In this document: one piece after another, positions 39,201 to 47,449 of the stretch
Numbering within the stretch: position 1 is the stretch's first letter
Layout: each line of letters starts with the position of its first letter
Source of the DNA: Schizochytrium sp. TIO01
Lineage: Eukaryota > Protista > Bigyra: Labyrinthulomycetes
Direction: 5' to 3'
Assembly: GCA_004764695.1 (NCBI GenBank)
Contig: SMSO01000032.1
Coordinates: 7,472,483 to 7,536,482 of the forward strand
Length of the DNA: 64,000 nt
Position numbers and translations under genes: made by a program
The notes under the pieces: model-generated
What the model was told of the DNA's origin: nothing
The model's database searches: none
Seen by the model: the letters and a program-made list of their open reading frames with translations, nothing else

Positions 39201-39227
39201 ACGCTGTTTGGAATCTCCACCCGCCAT
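33216..39227 (-). CDS. 2003-aa multidomain protein: CCCH zinc finger, 2 UBM-like motifs, beta-rich region, RING-H2, polyQ, TPR repeats, HPD-less J domain
   Basis: CRFHSKKGGCRYGSRCRFAH (Cx8Cx5Cx3H); PPGVDPASWNIMPQSLKSKIL and PEGIDDTLWQSMPIPLRKKIL; CPIC...CGHCFHRTC...CPVC; TPRs (e.g. AEAYVGLGRSAMQQGNLQASFDHFKKAIEL); SYYRILGL...SEAFAILSDPLQRRRYDEG. The 6-kb ORF is uninterrupted. Confidence 0.88.
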   Translation of the reverse strand: MAGGDSKQRGEKYSDSFESANDAHVKKIPCRFHSKKGGCRYGSRCRFAHTDDLEGSALNTNMSAATSSGAPANAFDTHSIKNGVVDATEAPPGVDPASWNIMPQSLKSKILGDMRATTPTAQTPRPVPIKQNSNSSLPSSPSAFGAGATVYQQQQQPQFKREKPAFQISSQPNKPSASALGPGRPTKDAGPSKFKGNFSSAPPQVDTAKPSFSKTALANAPEGIDDTLWQSMPIPLRKKILTELSNKTSVESTSKGPSPASHSDTTSKPGPTPKSASGNNTTGREASPASSIGSAAAFKKTSSSTPLSATYGNGGADDSVSTPRAQYIPGPIDWARGPFIPNPKPIIRIAAKASQEQAFYAIDPMRDEIAVCVLSGKPDKVNFYSSTEGNYQFTLSLPSIGGPLTYDPRRGNLLVLLSTTGQIVYFTRQGKKWVQDNTSIELRKDVASCAEAIHVSRNAQFVGILVKLNRARAEKIGVPPFVAFTPQGPIVLPESFANYEDISSINASDMTIVKMNKRIFTRDSQSTLHEISFANSRPDSMRLSVGSDGRAYVLAHWSKMKETRVYWLALDETESQRIRVSTKLVGLDDIDLDIHDFVASRNGVLFISLVESRMNVSPKGGWRTHRQIYRVELHPDAQNKSFHEVSQLIRMNCGDDESMTVPSSTPFFERSETSGFESARETLPSFLAAPAPGPSSAAASATGTSANGEGQVATQTSHMPSFASQEALPEKHFDEKQLNPQHEDDDDIPSWLLGNHHTEGSLDHDKIYAELTATQYPFNSPQTSLQSSVSNVSGSRAPPPGFGSSSLPPHLSHPSSSASMSAGNGDQIHSQNSLFSSANPLPSPLDGISSLSLQSPIGLGAGRGLFSFAHGAGSGQAFTNFGSAFAADSSASLSRDQGVRESLRNAFGGSPSLTLPMSLTSAPPPLQSSQQQHHIIAPIADASNVQSILRTSRTPPPGFGLMTPASVGEYHNDSFPSGISASSETSIDKNDCVYNEQEPGVAASQRDEVLAVKSNTLSTLTLDNRSPPGIGAHAVSNYGAQQDSHEAQKSSATSTFISTDQAPQNFEEPSDLRSETNSETRMENNAAGIAWEGLAPNHHLKGFAEPTDDSTWNTSTHAWGSNVTEEENKVALVATTLPPADQKPSSAGSKSSQTSLNECPICFEQMDEPRRLLVPGKCGHCFHRTCIVSHMAQSDRSTYEKCPVCAEPIHMSVAFVPHESPKEGRVILGHKRESNESSPDIISQQQQQQQQQQQQPSSITKSLGSTYASVSAAGITPTNTAGTSLARGSSAAASIKSIAATTTSGASAQTKSSPASHCFIERKNLDPHHKLDVTSTSEDAHVLSARAGATKSKVMSKREKREKAEVEARLAAEEAKRSLFASDSEDSSESDSDDSSDNEETENASESQAKSGGDDLGLADEKNDNVECEEVNVQTENLDKEKKKTETSDEDKRVAEEESNPQFLRAKEFKEQGDHSMRTKSYRKAMEWYEKSISAYPSSSMFRNAAGFCELARKNYNVAERLFNKSLGLNPNNAEAYVGLGRSAMQQGNLQASFDHFKKAIELSTNAKELCEDDMKDVEQALDKLGRAKHHKDNGKLKKALAVVREGLKLVPQAQELLQLQEDVKVAKDVLDAASMVAKIWSHIETGTDLPGALDLVHKLKERTPQRRGSAEVWYLSGAIAEKAEDYDTAMIHFDRAYMKDPNYHERLSAYASAAKSLQSGRKKALAGEHEAAIREYEAGKSSCPKDMKWLACKLILEIAASLGALNKVPQAKKAFSEAVECLPMNFSTYMAKIEYFEKQGDVASLFEAFTTAREGANNVADVSLAASLSSNKRRLLNLYSQKRRDARIEERRTKCASYYRILGLENLGKNASEDQIRESYRETARSYLVNNLNKEDESVVKQNLQDLSEAFAILSDPLQRRRYDEGTMFDNEIFDPEHFDVYIREVVRRFTEQEFSKIEFADLMRLFDGEDGEEEDMDENDEYFDEEDEYDDCYGDDYIFFS
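35463..35498 (-). repeat. Coding CAG/CAA repeat (Q12) inside the 2003-aa gene
   Basis: (ttg)n(ctg)n on the + strand encodes QQQQQQQQQQQQ. Confidence 0.9.
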
Positions 39228-40361
39228 CTTTTTTCACCTTCGAAGCAGCTTTTGAACCCTCTCCAACGTAAATCGACCTTTTGAAGATATCAAGAAACCC
39301 CCAAAAAAACTCAACAGCCAGCAGCACGAAATCAAAAGGCCTCAAATCCGCCACGCTACTCACAAGAGTGTTCTTTGATCCGAACAATGCCTCACGAAGA
39401 AGATCGTATTTTGCTTGAGAAGAAAAAAGACGTGAGCAACAGCGTATGAAGGTCTGAACGTGGAGAGAATTCGCACAAACTTGCCGGTGAACGAATGGCC
39501 AATCGGCACAGCCACCAAGGTGGTCTCGGCCGGCCCGCTGCGATTTGAGCCTTCAGAGAGGACGCACAGACCAGAGAAACGAATAGATCGTGTAGTGACC
39601 ACGCACGCCGCTGCCCGATCCCCGCGAGCAAGCAGCGCGAGCGCGATCAAGGTCTGTCTCGTCTGCGCCACTCGCAATCTATGAAAAAAAAAAGGCCATA
39701 AAAAGCAGTGCCCAAATATGAAATAATGATTTTGATAATAACTTTAAAAAACGATTATTCGACATACAATATTTAAAAAATTAAACAAACTAGTTTTCTG
39801 TTCTTGTGAATGTTAATAAAGTGGGTTATAGAGCTATAGCCCACTTGTGAGGCAGCTGTGACAAGTGGACGAAGCTCGTGGCAGCCAGCAATGAAAGCAG
39901 TGATGTAGACTGTAGTACAACAAAGGTGAAGAAGACTGATGTGGGCATGCCAAACATTTGGAGGGATACGTACTTGGAGATGTTAGAGAGCCAAAGATGG
40001 GAATAAAGAGAGGATGCAGCTGGGGATATTTGGCCTGACTTGCAACTTTTCATCAAACTGGGGAAGCAGTTACTTCGAAATGCACGGCGAATAAGAGGAT
40101 TCTAATGTACGATGAAATGTACGAGTATGAAATGGGCTTGAAGAAAAGATAATCAGTTATATCATCTAAATTAGCAAGGGAGAGTAACTCGGAGACAATT
40201 GTTGAAACGGGGCAAAATGAAAATAAGCGCAACGAAATACTGTGATATGATGTTTTGTTTTGTTTTTAAACATGTGCGGGTAATCTTTCTTGAAATCTGC
40301 TTGTCATGGAAGGGGTCAGGGCACTTTATTACGAAAAGCAGTAATGTCTTTCTTAAGAGGC

Positions 40362-41927
40362 TTAGTCCAATTTCTTGGTCAGTGAAAAGATCAAAGAGGA
40401 AAGAACACCCTCAAAGAGCACGGAGACGGTGTAAACACCACCGAGAATAGCGCACATGGAGGTAAAACCTTCAATCCACGGTTTTGCTTCTTCAACGACA
40501 ACAATCTTAAAAGGCGCAAGATCATAGCTAAAGATAACCTGCGGCACATCTGTGTTTGTTGGGTGTGTGTTACTGGAAATAGTATACTCGTACGCATTCA
40601 CAGAGGCTCCGTGACGAGGGCGCCTGGAGGTGCCAATAACCTTAATGTAGTGCTCATGTGTCATGTTGTTCTCACTCGCGCTAAATGGGATCTCGTCGAT
40701 GCCCTCCGCCAGAACCACAGGTCGCCCCACCTGTCCAGCGTATGCGCCCTCAGTCTGAAGTGGCTGGTTTCTCACGAGTTTTGCATTGTGTTTGCCAAAG
40801 CTTAAATGACGAATAAAGTGGTCCAGCTTCAGCAAGCCGGTCTCAAAAGTGTGGCCCTTGAGCTTGGGATGAATGAGCACCCGGCCTGGCACACGGCGTA
40901 GGTTGAGGAATCCCTCCACACGACATCCTGAACTGTGGACCTTGGATTCGGGTTTGCCATCTTTTTCCACATCGTGGCCTTTGTGAGGAACAGGGAGCGC
41001 CTCCTTGTCCTTCTCCTGGACATCCTTAAGTACCGATATCGCAAACTTTGACATAGCTTCTGCATTACGAGCTCCCGTGTACTGTTCGTTGAACTTGCCT
41101 CGGGGACCTGTGACAGTGTTGACTTTACTCTGGCGGAACACAAGAATCGTCGGGAACGCTTGAATATTATTCTGCATGCAGATATTGCGGTGGGAAGGGA
41201 TCGTACAGTCGAAGGATGCGAGCGCTATGGAATGTTTATGGTGCCCATCAACCTCATGCGGAGCCTTATCGCGCACGAGGTGTGCAGCATGTTCATAAAT
41301 TGGCGCAAGGTTCTGACAGTGAGGACACCATGGCGCGTGGAAGTCTACAAGCAGCACCTCAAACTCGTCGACGGTTTTCGCAAAGTTATCCGGAGTGAGC
41401 TCAATAGCATACCTCTTCACGCCATAGATGTCCTTGTCAGTCCCATCGTAAAGGTGTTCCCAATCCTGTTCCGTTGAGTCCACAGCCGCAACCTTTCCGA
41501 CCTGAGTTCCGTCAAGAGAAAACTTGTGGAGAGAGTGGTCAATAATATCCGTGCGTCTACTACCGAGTACATTCTCGACATCTACGCCAAGGTACTCACA
41601 GCTTAGGGACTCGAATGTGATGTTGATGTTCATCTGAAAAATACTGTCTTCGCTGTGATCAACTTCAATCGATGTCGATTCACGCACAGAAATGAAGTTG
41701 GACACTTCAAGGTACAAGATCAAAGTGAAGATTAGCAGAAACACAATAGAAAGGCTTCCACCCACAGCGCTCGCCTCCGTAAGGTCCCGAGGGATCTTGC
41801 GGTACAGATCAAAAGAACGGAGTCTAGCGGACAGGCCTCCAGCCGGCACACCGATGCCACCCGAACCGCCCATGGCAGAGCCGGAGCCGCCGGAACCCAA
41901 AACACCACCACCGCTGCGCTGCTTCAT
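40362..41927 (-). CDS. Erv41/Erv46 (ERGIC)-family cargo receptor with inserted thioredoxin domain (PDI-C class), ~521 aa
   Basis: ERGIC_N (LRSFDLYRKIPRDLTEAS + TM); thioredoxin domain DFHAPWCPHC; COPII-coated ERV domain (GCRVEGFLNLRRVPG, CAILGGVYTV); C-terminal dilysine KKLD. First ATG is at 41927 (the ORF track opens at GTG 41960). Confidence 0.9.
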   Translation of the reverse strand: MKQRSGGGVLGSGGSGSAMGGSGGIGVPAGGLSARLRSFDLYRKIPRDLTEASAVGGSLSIVFLLIFTLILYLEVSNFISVRESTSIEVDHSEDSIFQMNINITFESLSCEYLGVDVENVLGSRRTDIIDHSLHKFSLDGTQVGKVAAVDSTEQDWEHLYDGTDKDIYGVKRYAIELTPDNFAKTVDEFEVLLVDFHAPWCPHCQNLAPIYEHAAHLVRDKAPHEVDGHHKHSIALASFDCTIPSHRNICMQNNIQAFPTILVFRQSKVNTVTGPRGKFNEQYTGARNAEAMSKFAISVLKDVQEKDKEALPVPHKGHDVEKDGKPESKVHSSGCRVEGFLNLRRVPGRVLIHPKLKGHTFETGLLKLDHFIRHLSFGKHNAKLVRNQPLQTEGAYAGQVGRPVVLAEGIDEIPFSASENNMTHEHYIKVIGTSRRPRHGASVNAYEYTISSNTHPTNTDVPQVIFSYDLAPFKIVVVEEAKPWIEGFTSMCAILGGVYTVSVLFEGVLSSLIFSLTKKLD

Positions 41928-42602
41928 TCTAGCAGATAGAGAAACTGAACGCAAAGGCACAGCAGGAGATCACGCCGTGGGGCGATCTCGTATGGGATAT
42001 GCAGGACATCTTCGCAAATTTATCAGCACCATCATCCGCACACAATATCTATCGGAAACAACAGTAGTTTCCGCAAATAAGTATTCACATACCCTGTAAT
42101 GGACTATACCAATTTGTTCTACTTTATTTATCTATAACTTAGTGTGTGAAGTGTTGTATAACCCATTAGACACATGAAGCGGCTACGGGACAGCTGTCAT
42201 TTTTGCTGACCCGTGTACGGGTCGGAGGGACCATCACTTTGGGCAGTTCAGGTGCAAAAGCTTTGCAACAATTTGGTTTGTAGAATTAGCATTGTTACGG
42301 ATGACGAAGCTGTATGGATGAAGTGATTACATGAGTGTAACGTAGGAGACGGTGATCTGGAAGGATTACAGGTACTGTCTCGTAAGCAGCAGTCAGAAAT
42401 TTGGAAGAAAAGTGATAAGATTCGCGTTTTCGTTTTACTTAAAGGATAAGATCATGTTTTGAAAAGGCTTCAGGATAGACTTGAGTACAGAAAGTAGTAC
42501 AAGCTGGCAACAGTATTTTAGTGTTTTTTCGTCTTTTCCAATAGATAGCGTACAGTTGAGGGGGGGGAGTTTTGATTGGTTGAGAAGTGAGTGGGAAAAG
42601 AA

Positions 42603-43552
42603 TCATCGTTTTGCCATAGCCTCTGCGGTGAACTGCATGCCAACTGAACCTAGATCTTGTTTCTTACGTTCGCGATCACGCTTACGTTGCTCAAGCTCCA
42701 AATAACGCTGTTGACGGTCGAACATGCTCCGGGAGCGACTCGACTCTTCCTCCAGCCGAGGTGCCAGAACAGCCTGGGCTTCCTTGATACCGAGATGCCA
42801 GGTCTCACGCTCCGTAGCACTTTTCAGTTGTACAGACAACAGTATCTTCCCATGGTGGTCAAGAAAGCGCAGTTCAGCCGTCCCCGCGCAGTCGATGACT
42901 TGAACAACTCTTAAAGCAAGGTTCCCTTCGTGCAGAGGTTTGTTCTGCTGTCTTTGCAAAGTTTGCCACTCGAGGCTGACTACATCTTTCTCTGTCGCAA
43001 GCCGCAGCAGGATCTCGCTTCCGCTCGCGGGATGTGCTCCAGAACTGGCAGCTGAGGCGCCAGTACTAGCACGATTCGTACCTAGAAAGTTCGTGACAGA
43101 GCGAGATACAGATCCCATCAATGATACCTTCTCTGGTTCATCGAAATCTACCAAAGTTGCATAACACCCTTCGCTCAGCATGTCGAGATAGACCCGTTCA
43201 AAGTCACGTTTCCGTTTTTCCTCAGGGGAGCTTAAGCCACTGTTTCCATACAAACCAAATCGAAAACGAACCTCGTTAGACACGCATTGGCACACACGCA
43301 GGTTCATATGCGATTATTCTCACCTCGAGCTAAAAGCTTTACAAGGCACTTGAACGTAAATACTTACACTGAGTCGGCCACAAGGTAATACATACGGTTG
43401 AGGCACCCGCATCTTGACTCAGGCTGAGCCACCGGCGCGGGAGAACCACTCGCGCTAGCTTGCACACCGTCAATAGCGCCTTGCACATTTTTAGCAACAC
43501 TTTCGTAGGCGCCTCGAGCAGAAGAGGTCGTGAGCCAGACAGCCGCCTTCAT
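42603..43552 (-). CDS. Two-exon gene for a ~273-aa PH-like domain plus C-terminal coiled-coil protein (exons 43552-43368 and 43239-42603)
   Basis: The 62-aa ORF (MKAAVWL...) joins the 234-aa ORF in frame through a 128-nt intron: GTAAGT donor at 43367, CTAAC branch-like site, CAG acceptor ending at 43240. Exon lengths 185+637=822 nt. The C-terminal helix KSATERETWHLGIKEA is PH-like. Confidence 0.7.
43240..43367 (-). other. Predicted spliceosomal GT-AG intron
   Basis: GTAAGT...TCTAAC...AAACAG. Splicing restores the frame (DSV|GLSSPEE). Confidence 0.7.
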
Positions 43553-45164
43553 CGCTATAGCTCTCTCGCACTCGAACTAACCGATCCTCGATAAATACAA
43601 AGCAGGTACGTGGGAGGCAAGCCTGGGAGTGAAGATGGACAGTTCTCCTGGCCGGAGATTGCGCTGTGCGGAGGAAGCCTCTGGTGCAAAAGAGATAGGA
43701 TTTGCATGACATAAGTTTGAGCGTGACAATTTTCTTTGACCTGCTTTTTTTTGCCTGTAAAAGTTTTTTTTTGTTCGTTCTGAGTTGCAATTCATATCCG
43801 TGAATAATAATCATGAAATATTCAAATATACGAGAGCCCTGCGCTGCTATGAGATGAGATCTTCAAAGAGGATAATACTTAAATTGGGTTGGAGTAAGTT
43901 TGAGATATAATGGTGAGTTATGTCATGATGTAATTAGCATTAATCTTATCTAAGAATTTTGTTTAACCAACCAGAAAAAACTTTGAACAACTTATTTTCA
44001 TGCCAGGGTGAACGTGCTCACTTGCATAATTTTTCATTCGACCCATAGTGCGGTGCATACTATCAAGTCAAATAATTTGGCTAGTAACTCTGCAATATGG
44101 TTTTTTACAGCGTCAGACTTCTTCGCATCGATATATATCCACGCCCATAAAAGTCGAAAACCCTGTTTTGCTATACTTTTCCGGCTCACAGAACCCTGTG
44201 CGAGGAACTTACGAGCCGAGATACACCTACTTCAACAAGCTTCTTCAACACGCACAATATGTTCTTCACTGAGGAAGTATTCATAAAGAAGCCCAGCTCA
44301 CTCACAGAAATACAGATATCTCCGGCTGTCTACTTACCTAGCTAGCCAGCACGTTCTTTCAAAAAAGGGTCCCTTCATTCACAACTCGTAGACCCAAAAA
44401 CAGAAGATAGACTTTAAAAGTGTTGCAAATTTACAAAACTGCTCAGCATTTATCATTTAACTGAATGAAACCCAACACGGAGTCACTTGATTACTGCGGA
44501 ACTTTTTTTTCCACAAACCTACAGCAACTCGAACTGGGCAGCTTCTGGTCCCCCCATCACTCTTTCAGCCAGCTCGATGCGATTGCGTCTTGTAAAAGTA
44601 CCTCCAGAACTCTATTTTGGTACGTACCTATGTCAACTTCGAAGAAGCCATCCCAAATAGACCTTTTGTTATGACATGATGCGCCCTCAATCGCATAGAT
44701 CCTTCGCCACTCTTAGTTCTCGCCAATGTCCTTTAAGAAGTCTCTTCCTATGGACATCGGCAGACTAAGGTTCAATCCCAGCTCTTAGATTTCGAAGATC
44801 CGCATGAAGCACGCCATCATCGATGCCAGCAATTGCAATTTTACACAGTGTGTACTACCCATAAAGTCCCTACTTTGACCCCTCAAAACCTAAAGCACTA
44901 CTTTCGGCAAACCTGAAGCATTCTCCACTGTGAAACTAAGTGCAACCTCTACAGGAGTCCAAACTGCCAATGCTACAGACCCACAAGGGCAATCAGCTCA
45001 GGGCTCCAACGTCAACAACGACGTTGCGCTCAACTGCCGAGGCTCAGCGTAGGTTCTTGCCGCTTCTCTTAGGTGTGTTCATTCAACCTATAACGAGGTA
45101 TTCGAGTCAATTTTTAAAGAAGTTTTTCTTCCTGTATTGGAAAGACTCTCTTCGCTCGGGGTCC

Positions 45165-46835
45165 ATGGCACCGCAGACCACGAACTCCGCTCGTCGCGGA
45201 ACTAGTGGCGCCTTCGAGCGCACCAGGAGAGGGCTGGAAAACGGGTCTGAGGCTGAAGAGACACCCGCAGAATCTGAGGGGAGCGGACTCCAAAACACTG
45301 GCGGCAGACACTTGAGGTGCGCCTCGAGATCTGACTCTGAGGAGTCTCGAGCTCAATCTGGAGCAGACCCAGACGCTAACCAATTCTTGCGAAGGGCATC
45401 AACAAGAGCAAAACAAACCTCTGTGGAAACCATTGAAGAGAATTTCGGAGCTGGTCACATATCTTCCACGCATAGGAGACCCGAAGTAGACGAGTTTGAG
45501 AGCGATAATCGGGGTGATCGAGACGAAAGTCAGAGTGATTGGGGCGAGAGTCAGGAGGTTGGGAGCTTAGGTGTCTCAAATCCAAATTCATCGCGGCCAA
45601 ATCGGCAGCTTAGACTTGAGGCTGTGAAGATACGGCGAAAAGTTCAAGAAAACTTCTGGCGACTTCCAGAGCTTTATCTGAGAAAGCAACCAAAGAAGAC
45701 AGGGCAAGATCAATCGGGTCTGGGAGACCTCGAAGAATCTGAAATGAACGGCACTCCGGGACGTTTGAAACGTCGCGGAAGCTCTCGAGCACGTGAGCAG
45801 CAACGAGCTATGAAAATCGATGCAGAGGGTTATTCCAGTGATGAAGAAGAGGAATATAATTCGGAGCTAGACAGTGAATACGATGATGATGACTGTGGTG
45901 ATGGTGGTGATGGTGGTGATTATGACGATAAAAACTTTAAAGAGCTTGCATCTTCACGTTCAAGATCTCACACGCGGAGAAGGAAACGCAAATCTCAACA
46001 CAAAAGTCAATCAGAAAGTCGGTTACGAGTACAGGAACCAGACAACCCATTGCTACGTGTCTTTATGTGGCAGGCTCGTGTTGTAAACCACTGGATCTCA
46101 GTAGTAACGGAGTCAAAGCAAATGCGCCATATCGCAGAGAAGCGTCGTGCAGGAAAAGCTGAACTAGCACGCATGCGAAATCGGTTTCTGGAGAGCTCCC
46201 AATTCATCGAGATGGTTGATAAGGCATTTGAAGAATGTGATATTGACGAGAACGGCACAATCGACAGAGCCGAGCTTTTTGCTGGAGTTCTCCTGCTCTA
46301 TCACCAGTTGAATCGTATTCCATGGGGTGGACGGAAGCCACCACCGCGCCGTAAAGACGTCATGAATATTATGGCAAAATATGACTTCAATGATGACAAA
46401 CGTCTTGATAGTGAAGAGTTTCTGGCACTCTGTCAAGATCTATGCGATAATGTTGTTTTAGATGTGGGTAAGCGTGTCATCCTCGTTATTTTCGTTTTTC
46501 CACTGCTCGCACAACCAGTGCAACAGGTCCTAGTTAGACTTTTCCAGCATCTGGGCTTGCTTGCAGCTGCTACTTTGATGGAAGGCATTCCCGACCAAAT
46601 TTTTACTTCGATTGTTGTAGCACTTTTAGTAACGGCATTGCCATATATAGAAGCCAATCTACCTGCATTCCAGGATTTTCGTTGGGAAGCTGTCGCACAA
46701 GTTGACGAAAACAAAAATCTTGAAACATTTAAGAGACAGCGGCAGCGCAAGGTCATATCCCTGCGTGCTGCAAGGCGCGGAAGAGAACGCGTAAGCCGGT
46801 TACAGTCGGTTTCTTCTGATTCGGACTCGGCATAA
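45165..46835 (+). CDS. EF-hand pair membrane protein with a long disordered charged N-terminus, ~556 aa
   Basis: EF loops DIDENGTIDRAE and DFNDDKRLDSEE, followed by hydrophobic segments VILVIFVFPLLA and IFTSIVVALLVTALPYI. The ATG at 45165 (ccATGG) is the likely start; the frame is open from 44940. Confidence 0.8.
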   Translation: MAPQTTNSARRGTSGAFERTRRGLENGSEAEETPAESEGSGLQNTGGRHLRCASRSDSEESRAQSGADPDANQFLRRASTRAKQTSVETIEENFGAGHISSTHRRPEVDEFESDNRGDRDESQSDWGESQEVGSLGVSNPNSSRPNRQLRLEAVKIRRKVQENFWRLPELYLRKQPKKTGQDQSGLGDLEESEMNGTPGRLKRRGSSRAREQQRAMKIDAEGYSSDEEEEYNSELDSEYDDDDCGDGGDGGDYDDKNFKELASSRSRSHTRRRKRKSQHKSQSESRLRVQEPDNPLLRVFMWQARVVNHWISVVTESKQMRHIAEKRRAGKAELARMRNRFLESSQFIEMVDKAFEECDIDENGTIDRAELFAGVLLLYHQLNRIPWGGRKPPPRRKDVMNIMAKYDFNDDKRLDSEEFLALCQDLCDNVVLDVGKRVILVIFVFPLLAQPVQQVLVRLFQHLGLLAAATLMEGIPDQIFTSIVVALLVTALPYIEANLPAFQDFRWEAVAQVDENKNLETFKRQRQRKVISLRAARRGRERVSRLQSVSSDSDSA

Positions 46836-47449
46836 TTAACACTTTATTTTATGACAGTGTTTTCATTTGTGTCACAATGTAGCAAAGATAGTAAAGTTAG
46901 TAAAGTTAATACGTAAAGTTAATAGGGATTTTTTAATATTTAATCTTTTATAGGAAATTTACCACCTATTACATATCATTTTTATCATTTGATGATCTTT
47001 TTACAAACACACATAAACCTGAAGCATTTTCTATATTTAGAAAGAAAGAAACCTTTATTATTTCTTCTTAAATCTAGTGTGTGGTCATATCAGGATGCCT
47101 CCTATATTTATTTTCTTTACATGGCATCACTCTGACCAAAGAGAGTATTTCTTAAGAAATCCATCCTTATGGACTATATTGTAATAGCCAATTTGATTTG
47201 ACTACTGTCAAAGAGAACAGTAAATACAATCATTGTAACAGGGGCAGGCAACAGTATAACACAACAATGCTCAATTCTGCATCAAGCCAGGTGTGGTCGT
47301 CTACCTGCCTTCCCCCAAAATGGTTTTTTAGATCGCCACGATTGGCATATTTCGCACAGAAGAAGGAGAAAATACAAGGCTTGGGTCAAGCAGATTTGCA
47401 AGGTGCCTGTCCGGTTCTACCATTGACCTTTCCTAAGACTTCATCATGC

